A DNA stretch of 20,706 bases from Hormoscilla sp. (lineage in GTDB: Bacteria; Cyanobacteriota; Cyanobacteriia; Cyanobacteriales; Desertifilaceae): assembly GCA_051439505.1 (NCBI GenBank), contig JBFRWI010000128.1, positions 1-20,706 on the forward strand. Reading direction: 5' to 3'. A program made the position numbers and the translations under genes. Under the pieces are notes generated by a model, which was given only the letters and a program-made list of their open reading frames with translations, did no database searches and was not told where the DNA came from. Shown here piece by piece: positions 9,767-16,776 of the stretch; position 1 is the stretch's first letter, and every line of letters starts with the position of its first letter.

Positions 9767-10129
9767 ATGGATAAAACAAATTTTGAAAAATTGGATGTTT
9801 ACAAACTATCTGAAAAGTTAGCTGATGAAATTTGGAATATTGTCGGAGGATGGGATCAATTCACTAAAGATACAATTGGGAAGCAAATTGTTCGTTCAGC
9901 AGATAGTGTAGGTGCTAATATTGCGGAAGGTAGTGGTCGGTGGAACTATCAGGATAATCGGCGTTTTGTCAAGATTGCTATAGGTTCCTTATATGAGACA
10001 AAGCACTGGCTCAGACGGGCTTATACTAGACAACTGCTGACGACTACACAAGTAGACAAGCTCAAGCCAATAATGGATGAACTAGCACCTCGGCTCAATG
10101 TTTACCTAAAATCTATAGGTAAGGGTTAG
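9767..10129 (+). CDS. Four helix bundle protein (23S rRNA IVP / Avd-like family)
   Basis: 120 aa from ATG 9767 (the track's TTG 9731 start lies within the repeat). Motifs FEKLDVYKLS, QIVRSADSVGANIAEGSGR, RFVKIAIGSLYETKHWL. Confidence 0.93.
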   Translation: MDKTNFEKLDVYKLSEKLADEIWNIVGGWDQFTKDTIGKQIVRSADSVGANIAEGSGRWNYQDNRRFVKIAIGSLYETKHWLRRAYTRQLLTTTQVDKLKPIMDELAPRLNVYLKSIGKG

Positions 10130-10214
10130 TGGTTAGTGGTTAGTGGTTAGTGGTTAGTGGTTAGTGGTTAGTGGTTAGTGGTCAGTGGTTAGTGGTCAGT
10201 GGTTAGTGGTCAGT
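10129..10214 (+). repeat. Heptamer tandem array, 12 units (A7-C-A-C-A-C)
   Basis: GTGGTTA x7, then alternating GTGGTCA/GTGGTTA. Overlaps the TAG stop of the four-helix-bundle gene. Confidence 0.97.
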
Positions 10215-10222
10215 AAAAAAAT

Positions 10223-10266
10223 AACTGACAACTGACAACTGACAACTGACAACTGACAACTGACAA
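10223..10266 (-). repeat. Inverted heptamer array (AACTGAC)6, reverse complement of unit B (GTTGTCA)
   Basis: Six perfect AACTGAC units after an AAAAAAAT spacer, ending 13 nt before the ATPase ATG. Confidence 0.97.
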
Positions 10267-10279
10267 TGGAGCAAGAAAA

Positions 10280-11620
10280 ATGATTACTAAGATTCAAGTA
10301 AAAAACTTTAAAAGCTATCGATGGGGAGATTTGCCCTTTGCTTCCTTAACTGTTTTGATTGGAGCAAATGCGTCAGGTAAAAGTAACATTGTTGAAGCCC
10401 TCAGATTATTGGCAAGAATTGCTGAAGGCGAGCGATTGAGCTTTCTTGGCAACAGTCATCAACAGAGGGAAAGTCCGTTTAGAGGTAACGTTAATAATCT
10501 TGGATACAGAGGATCGGAATCATTTCAAATTTCCTGTGACGTGCAAACTCTTGAGTTTGCAGAATGGAATCACTTTGAGATTGATATAAAGCTTGGCAAT
10601 GATGGAGATATCCATGTTACCCAAGAAAAAATTACAGCCCTAACCTCAAGCGTTCCTCTATACCAAATTACTAGCGAACCTCAAGGGGCAGGTAGTGATG
10701 TTTTTGTAGAATATAATAATTTTGCCCGTGGTGGGAAAAAACCCAAAATTGTATGCAGTAGTCATATGGGAATATTTACACAGTTATTGAGTGAAATTCG
10801 TTTTCGTCCTGAAAATCAAGAGAGCCGAGAAAAAATTCCTATAATTACTAATAATTACGTTGGTTGGCTGAGTGGTATTGTTTTTCTGGAGCCAGAACCT
10901 AATGCAATGCGCTCCTATGGCCATAAAATAGATAAATTGCTCGATCGACAAGGAGCGAAGATATCCGGTGTCCTCTACAATCTCTGCCAAAACTCTAAGA
11001 TTAAGGCGGAGATATTAGAATTTGTGAGAAGTCTTCCCGAACAAGATCTTGAAGATATTGGTTTTATTGAAACTGCTCGTGGGGATGTGATGTTGGCGCT
11101 CACTGAAACATTTGGTGGGATCTCAACTACCTATGATGCAACAACCCTCTCAGATGGCACATTGCGAGTTCTGTCAATTGCAGCAGTTATGTTTTCGGCT
11201 CCAGAACAAAGCATTGTCGTCATTGAAGAAATTGATAATGGGGTACATCCCAGTAGAGCAGAAAGTTTACTGAGACGGATTGATAATCTTGCCCGATCGC
11301 GTGATTTGCGAGTTCTGATTAGCAGCCATAACCCGGCACTGCTTGATGCCCTACCTGATGAAGCCGTACCAGAAACAGTCTTTTGCTATCGCAGTCCTGA
11401 TGATGGTTCGAGTCAACTGGTACGATTGCGAGATCTTCCAGACTATCCCGAACTGATTGCCCAAGGTCCTGTTGGACAACTTATGACACGAGGTTTACTA
11501 GAACGGTTTGTGAAACACCATCCCGGAAGCGAAGAGAAGAAACAAAAAGCAATGGAATGGCTGGATAATATCCTGGATATTGCCAAGATGAATAGTTACA
11601 GAGAGAAAGTAATTAAATAA
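10280..11620 (+). CDS. ABC-type (AAA_21/AbiEii-like, RecF/SMC-like) ATPase
   Basis: 446 aa. N-terminal NFKS, Walker A GANASGKS, signature LSDGT, Walker B/D-loop IEEIDNGVHP, H-loop SSHNP. Confidence 0.9.
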   Translation: MITKIQVKNFKSYRWGDLPFASLTVLIGANASGKSNIVEALRLLARIAEGERLSFLGNSHQQRESPFRGNVNNLGYRGSESFQISCDVQTLEFAEWNHFEIDIKLGNDGDIHVTQEKITALTSSVPLYQITSEPQGAGSDVFVEYNNFARGGKKPKIVCSSHMGIFTQLLSEIRFRPENQESREKIPIITNNYVGWLSGIVFLEPEPNAMRSYGHKIDKLLDRQGAKISGVLYNLCQNSKIKAEILEFVRSLPEQDLEDIGFIETARGDVMLALTETFGGISTTYDATTLSDGTLRVLSIAAVMFSAPEQSIVVIEEIDNGVHPSRAESLLRRIDNLARSRDLRVLISSHNPALLDALPDEAVPETVFCYRSPDDGSSQLVRLRDLPDYPELIAQGPVGQLMTRGLLERFVKHHPGSEEKKQKAMEWLDNILDIAKMNSYREKVIK

Positions 11621-11668
11621 TTCCCCAAGCTGATTGCAAACGATACTACGTGAAAATTAACAATTACT

Positions 11669-12469
11669 ATGAACCAAACTGCATTACCTGATATTATCCT
11701 GCTGTTTGATGTTAATGGCATTCTCGACAAAACTACCCGGGAATGGTCCGAATATTCTCGGGTGGGGACTTGCTATCTGCCCCAAGTGGTGTATGATGAA
11801 ATTAGGTTTTTGTGCGATCGGGCCTCAGAACCAGAACTGGAGAAACCCGCCAGAGAATTCATCCGCTTTCACCCTGAAAGCAACTGGCAACTAACTGATG
11901 CTCGCGCTACCCATCCTAGCCTGACTGATGCCCCAGGTCAAGCTCAAAGTAAAAAGGCGCGACTTAACTTGGCAGTTGCCGAATGTGCCTGCGGTTTGGC
12001 TCAGGAGATGACAGACAAGCTAATAGTCCTGGTTTCTAATACTCAACCTTTGTTGCAGCAAATGCAAGCATTGACAATTAATAATCTTTGTGGCATTACT
12101 ACAACTGCTCTCTTACAATGGAGTCGCACTTCTGCACGACCGCCAGCAGTTACTCAACAGCTACAAGCGATCGGGCGATCGGGTGTTTCGACGTCCGGCG
12201 CAGGCCCATCAGCAGCAGCAGCGCCCAGAAGCACCCAACCTGCCAGAAAACCAGCATTGCAACAGACTGGTGGCCCAGCAAGTGCTCGGAAAATACCCAA
12301 AACCAAAAAGTCATCCAGTTTGTTGGTACAACTAATTAGCAGTAGCATAGGATTGGTTATATTATTAAGTGCTAGCTTCATGCTGTGGCGTCTAATTCAG
12401 CCCCAGAGTTTCGATCGCTTTTGGCAGCAGCAAGTCGTTCCTCTACTCCCTGCTAACCAAAATGAATAG
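11669..12469 (+). CDS. PIN-like domain protein with low-complexity linker and C-terminal TM helix
   Basis: 266 aa. IILLFDVNGIL and LPQVVYDEI resemble the first two PIN acidic motifs. Ala/Pro/Lys-rich linker, then hydrophobic LLVQLISSSIGLVILLSASFMLW. Confidence 0.7.
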   Translation: MNQTALPDIILLFDVNGILDKTTREWSEYSRVGTCYLPQVVYDEIRFLCDRASEPELEKPAREFIRFHPESNWQLTDARATHPSLTDAPGQAQSKKARLNLAVAECACGLAQEMTDKLIVLVSNTQPLLQQMQALTINNLCGITTTALLQWSRTSARPPAVTQQLQAIGRSGVSTSGAGPSAAAAPRSTQPARKPALQQTGGPASARKIPKTKKSSSLLVQLISSSIGLVILLSASFMLWRLIQPQSFDRFWQQQVVPLLPANQNE

Positions 12470-12486
12470 CAGGTAAATGCGGGTGC

Positions 12487-12511
12487 GTAGGGTGGGCACC
12501 GCCTGCCCACC
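12487..12511 (+). repeat. GTAG-type REP-like palindrome
   Basis: GTAG-GGTGGGCA-CCGCC-TGCCCACC: perfect 8-bp stem just downstream of the PIN gene stop. Confidence 0.7.
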
Positions 12512-12779
12512 AGAATGGGTGTGGTATTTTTACCAAATGGTGCAAGACCCGGTAAATACTCAAATCTAGTTGTGAGCGGTCAGGGATTGAAGAGCGAGCA
12601 AGTGAATCTTTAGACAGCGATGCAGAACTGTCAAAGGCTTCCAGATAGAGGATGGGTTTGTGGTAAACTCACAACTGGATAGAACGAAGGCTATAATGGT
12701 AAGGAGAGAAAAGCTGACCTGCCAGCTTTGACGGGGTGCGATCGGAGAAAAGCAAAGGACGCAGATCGAGCCAGAGAAA

Positions 12780-15182
12780 ATGAAATTAAAATATATCATC
12801 CCAGCCACGACTATACTACTCGCTGCCACGACGAACCTCTATGGCGCGAGGGCCCAAGGACCAACACCGTCTTCACCACGCCTGACCGCAGAGATCCCGA
12901 AAACGCCCTGGAATGCAGAACGGCCAGTGGGTGGGTTGTCGATCTCATCACCAGAGAAAAATCAACAGGTATTTCCCTTGAAACATACTGAGGTAAAGGC
13001 CAAGGTAGCTGGAAATGTCGGACAGGTGGAGGTGACGCAGCGGTTTGCCAATCCCTATACTACGGCCTTAGAGGCGGTTTATGTCTTCCCGTTGCCCGAT
13101 AATGCAGGGGTGCATGATATGGAGATTAAAATAGGCGATCGCCGAATTTCGGGGGACATAAAGAAACGGGACGAGGCCCGGGAAATATACGAACGCGCCC
13201 GGGAAGAAGGACGGACAGCGGGACTTTTAGAACAAGAACGGGATAATATTTTCACCCAATCTCTGGCGAACATTAAGCCCGGGGAGGAAATAGAAGTAAC
13301 AATTCGTTACACGGAAAATCTCGAATTTGCTGCGGGGGATTACGAGTTCGTGTTTCCAATGGTAGTCGGTCCCCGCTATATTCCCGGCGATCGAATTTCC
13401 GGCAGTGGAGGCGATAGCAGTCGAGTCCCGGATGGTTCTCGGATTAATCCGCCGGTGCTTCCGCCAGGCATGCGATCGGGCCATGATATAAATGTAACGG
13501 TAGAGATAGATGCCGGGGTGCCGATAACGGGTGTCCGTTCTCCCTCCCACAAGATCGTCACTCAGGGCCAGGGGGAAACTCTGCGGGTGCAACTGGCAAA
13601 AACAGACAGAATTCCCAATAAGGATTTGATCCTGCGCTATCGGGTAGCAGGGGAAAATACGCAAGGGACAGTTTTAACTCAAGCAGATCGACAAGGGGGT
13701 CACTTTGCAGCTTACCTGATTCCGGCGATCTCCTATGGCCGCAAGGAAATTGTCCCCAAAGATGTGGTGTTCCTGATCGATACATCGGGTTCCCAACGGG
13801 GGGATCCCTTAGCAAAATGCCAGGAACTGATGCGCCAGTTGATTAATGATTTACATGAAAATGATACTTTCACCATTATCGATTTTGCCAATGCGACTAC
13901 GGCATTATCTACTGTCCCCTTGGCGAATACACGAGCAAATCGCGCCCAGGCCCTGGAATATATTAATCAACTGAAGGCCAAGGGGGGCACGGAGTTAATG
14001 AATGGCATTAATACAGTGCTGAATTTACCAGCGGCGCCAGGGGGAAGGTTGCGGAGTATCGTGTTGCTGACGGATGGTTATATTGGCAATGAAAATGAGA
14101 TAATTGCCCAGGTGCAGCAGGGACTGCAACCGGGAAATCGCCTTTATAGCTTTGGGGTGGGGAGTTCGGTGAATCGCTTTTTATTAAATCGCCTGGCGGA
14201 AGTGGGCAGGGGAACATCCCAAGTGATTCGTCAAGACGAACCGACTCGGGAAGTAGCAGAAGAGTTTGCTCGCAAAATTAATAATCCCGTGTTGACGAAT
14301 ATTCAAATTAGTTGGGAAGGAAGCGGGGTGCAACCGGAAATATATCCAACTGCGGCACCGGATTTATTTGCGGAACAGCCTTTGGTAATATTGGGCCGAA
14401 AAGGCGATCGGGCGAGTGGCAATCTGCGAATTACGGGAGTGACAGCAGGGGGCAGAAGATACAATCAGGTTTTGGCTGTGAATTTTAATGGGGACAACCA
14501 GGCGATCGCTCAGCTGTGGGGTCGGGCGAGAATTAAGGAATTGATGAATCAGATGTTTGGTGGCGAGACCAAAACAGGCGTGGAGGCGGTGACGAAAACG
14601 GCTTTAGCTTATCAGCTATTGTCACCTTACACGGCTTTTGTAGCAGTCAGCGAGGAAGTGCGAGTTAATCCCGATGGCACCAGACAGCGGGTACAAGTGC
14701 CCGTAGAGTTACCTGAAGGTGTCAGTTATGAAGGAATTTATGGCACGGAGGCAAGAGGAAATCAGGTTGGCGGACAGTTTTCTCCTCCTAGCGCGCCCAG
14801 TAGTGCCATAACAGTGGGCGGCGGCAGTAGAGGTGCTGCACCAGGGCCTTTAGCGCAATCTTCTATATTTGAGTCTGAAGATGAGTTGGCGCCAGAAAAT
14901 CATCGTATAGAAGTGATTAGTGCGTTGGGATTGGATGCTGGGGCACTTGCCTCTCTCACCCGGGAATTAGCATGGGTGGATTTGCCATCTGGGGTGAGTG
15001 GGGAAATTGTCTTTGAGTTTCGCGTGAGTAACGGGCAAGTGGGGCGAATAATCTTAGATGATACGGTCTCGACGCTGCAAGCAAAAGCGGTGCTGGATGA
15101 GATTCGGCAAACGTTAGCTATCTGGAATGCGCCTCGGTCTGTCAGTGGAAATGTGCGTCTGCAGTTGCGAATTAAACCTTGA
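12780..15182 (+). CDS. Secreted VIT + von Willebrand factor A domain protein with C-terminal extension
   Basis: 800 aa. Signal-peptide-like N-terminus, VIT domain (VEVTQRFANPY..ALEAVYVFPLP, AGLLEQERDNIFTQSLANI), vWA MIDAS DTSGS, LLTDGYIGNE, FGVGSSVNRFLL. Confidence 0.9.
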   Translation: MKLKYIIPATTILLAATTNLYGARAQGPTPSSPRLTAEIPKTPWNAERPVGGLSISSPEKNQQVFPLKHTEVKAKVAGNVGQVEVTQRFANPYTTALEAVYVFPLPDNAGVHDMEIKIGDRRISGDIKKRDEAREIYERAREEGRTAGLLEQERDNIFTQSLANIKPGEEIEVTIRYTENLEFAAGDYEFVFPMVVGPRYIPGDRISGSGGDSSRVPDGSRINPPVLPPGMRSGHDINVTVEIDAGVPITGVRSPSHKIVTQGQGETLRVQLAKTDRIPNKDLILRYRVAGENTQGTVLTQADRQGGHFAAYLIPAISYGRKEIVPKDVVFLIDTSGSQRGDPLAKCQELMRQLINDLHENDTFTIIDFANATTALSTVPLANTRANRAQALEYINQLKAKGGTELMNGINTVLNLPAAPGGRLRSIVLLTDGYIGNENEIIAQVQQGLQPGNRLYSFGVGSSVNRFLLNRLAEVGRGTSQVIRQDEPTREVAEEFARKINNPVLTNIQISWEGSGVQPEIYPTAAPDLFAEQPLVILGRKGDRASGNLRITGVTAGGRRYNQVLAVNFNGDNQAIAQLWGRARIKELMNQMFGGETKTGVEAVTKTALAYQLLSPYTAFVAVSEEVRVNPDGTRQRVQVPVELPEGVSYEGIYGTEARGNQVGGQFSPPSAPSSAITVGGGSRGAAPGPLAQSSIFESEDELAPENHRIEVISALGLDAGALASLTRELAWVDLPSGVSGEIVFEFRVSNGQVGRIILDDTVSTLQAKAVLDEIRQTLAIWNAPRSVSGNVRLQLRIKP

Positions 15183-15207
15183 CTTTGAGAATGTCTCACT
15201 TTGGCGC

Positions 15208-15279
15208 GGGCGAAGCATAAAGAATAGCAAATCTGTTAACTTCTGATACAAATTGTCGCGCCCCATGCTTCGCCCCTAC
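15208..15279 (-). repeat. GTAG-type REP-like long-loop palindrome
   Basis: GGGCGAAGCAT (15208-15218) and ATGCTTCGCCC (15265-15275) form a perfect 11-bp IR followed by CTAC. The same end CTGTAGGGGCGAA occurs at 94-106. Confidence 0.7.
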
Positions 15280-15418
15280 AGATATATTTGCTTGCTATGA
15301 GATGCACCCCTGTCTCACCACGTTCCTTGACTCTGACAGGGAACCTGCCTTGAGAACGTCGGTCCGGTAGTCGGGGGCGATCGGGGCTATAATCAGATTA
15401 AAGTATATTGGGGAGGGT

Positions 15419-15521
15419 TAAACAATTCAAAATTCAGAATTCAAAATTCAAAATTGGGAAAATATTTGAGGGCAAGGCTTTCAGCATTTGGAGCCATGCA
15501 ATTTAAATGCGCGACAGCTTA
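15419..15521. mobile_element. 103-bp MITE-like dispersed repeat, copy 2
   Basis: Same length and orientation as 107-209, 85% identical, TA at both ends. Heptamer units here are AATTCAA-type. Confidence 0.7.
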
Positions 15522-15557
15522 GCTATGACTCAACTGGTAACGAGCCATTTAGAGTCC

Positions 15558-15914
15558 CTAGGTCGTGGATGGATTGGTTAGCAGCACTTCTTCTTCAATG
15601 TTATCCCTGAAAGCCTCCGCTAGTTCGGGACTTTCAATTGCGATCGCACTTTCGCGCCACTCATAGATGACGGCGTCCAACTCATCCACATCCGCTTCCG
15701 CGATCGCCTCTTTGGTCTCTGCGATCAGTTCGGCTAATTCTTCAGAATCAAATACTCTCAGCCATCCAAAGGCATGGTCGGAACCGATCTCCTCTCCTAA
15801 ACGCAATTTCTCGGCAATGCCGATCAGTTCCTTCCCTGTCTCTTCGTCTTTGACTGCACTCGTTTCCCGATCGCGAAGCTGCAAAGTTGGGCTGTTATAA
15901 GGGGACATCACCAT
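15558..15914 (-). CDS. Small acidic hypothetical protein, possibly antitoxin-like
   Basis: 118 aa, very acidic and helical (AFGWLRVFDSEELAELIAE...EWRESAIAIESPELAEAF). Two HIP1 sites within it, GAGAG upstream of ATG. The antitoxin resemblance is from recall only. Confidence 0.55.
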   Translation of the reverse strand: MVMSPYNSPTLQLRDRETSAVKDEETGKELIGIAEKLRLGEEIGSDHAFGWLRVFDSEELAELIAETKEAIAEADVDELDAVIYEWRESAIAIESPELAEAFRDNIEEEVLLTNPSTT

Positions 15915-15965
15915 AATTTCACTCTCTCAAATTGTGCGCAAGTTTTCTCGCTTCGCTGTCAGCCC

Positions 15966-16016
15966 GCCGTGGGTTCAAACCCACGGCTAATAGCTAAAGT
16001 CGGTTGAAAACCGACT
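15966..16016. repeat. Double-hairpin palindromic repeat
   Basis: GCCGTGGGTT-CA-AACCCACGGC (15966-15987) and AGTCGGTT-GAA-AACCGACT (15998-16016), both perfect IRs. Confidence 0.7.
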
Positions 16017-16448
16017 AAAAATCTAATGTTAAATTAATTGTAGCCTTGTTTTTTCCAAATGGGATCACACCTCACATTGGTAAAGGAACAGCTTTGCAGT
16101 TAGCCTCAAACTCTGCTAGTTCGCGTCGCGAACTCATAGCAATACACATCAATCATATCAGCGGGGCACACCTTCGGAATGAAACCCGTCTCATAATTGT
16201 AATCTGTGATTTTGGGGGCTTTACAATAAATTCCTTTTGCAATATTTTGCTTTTGTTTTATGTCCTGCATATGTGGGTTGCTCCAGGTAAATCATGTATA
16301 ACAAATTATCAGTCATTTTTTTAACTGCTTCAGATGAAATTAAAATATATGAAACATTTTTATTCTGTGGGTATAACGAAATCTGCTCGATCATTTTTGG
16401 TAATCTTTCTAGCCATCAGAATAGGGCAATACTTCTCGGTTAATAACC

Positions 16449-16638
16449 TGTCATTGCGAGGGGGGCTGCCAAATTAACAGCTGTTTTTACCCCTGAACCA
16501 ATCCCCCCCGAAGCAATCTCACAGACTTATACTGCGCCAGGGGATTGCTAGCTGCTGCGCAGCCGCTGCGCTAACGGGGGGGGGTTATCTAAATTGAGCA
16601 GGCCGTTGATCGCGGAGTACCCCCCCCTCGCAATGACA
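16449..16638. repeat. 190-bp multibranched palindromic element (GTCATTGCGAG...CTCGCAATGAC type)
   Basis: Perfect 17-bp terminal IR TGTCATTGCGAGGGGGG / CCCCCCTCGCAATGACA. Inner stem AGCAATCTC / GGGATTGCT, a GCGCAG/CTGCGC hairpin, and two G-run/C-run arms. Confidence 0.8.
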
Positions 16639-16715
16639 AATATATAAATCCTTAACCGAGAAGTATTGTCAGAATAGGGTGCATCTCAATGCAAGTAATA
16701 TAGCCCGCGCTTTGT

Positions 16716-16776
16716 ATTGTAGCCGGACCCCTCGTTCCCACGGCGAAGCCTGGGAACGGGTTCGGGCGGCTACAAT
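16716..16776 (-). terminator. Long hairpin immediately 3' of the lipoxygenase stop (REP-like; possible terminator or stabiliser)
   Basis: Outer perfect 10-bp IR ATTGTAGCCG / CGGCTACAAT enclosing CTCGTTCCCA-CGGCGAAGCC-TGGGAACGGG. No clear poly-U tail. Confidence 0.45.

Noticed and set aside
9646..11620. Diversity-generating retroelement (because of the Avd-like gene)
   Set aside because: No reverse transcriptase and no TR/VR pair with adenine-specific mismatches was seen. The two 103-bp copies are both non-coding, and their differences are not confined to adenines of one copy.
12472..12557. GGTAAAT direct repeats as a target-site duplication around the REP at 12487
   Set aside because: A 7-bp match that is offset from the short CGGGT/ACCCG inverted ends. 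Could be chance without an empty-site comparison.
12564..12680. 6S RNA or a riboswitch
   Set aside because: Too short for 6S and no recognisable Rfam consensus. Kept only as an unclassified structured segment.
16046..16324. 92-aa plus-strand ORF
   Set aside because: TTG start, AT-rich, no motif or RBS. Not supportable as a gene.
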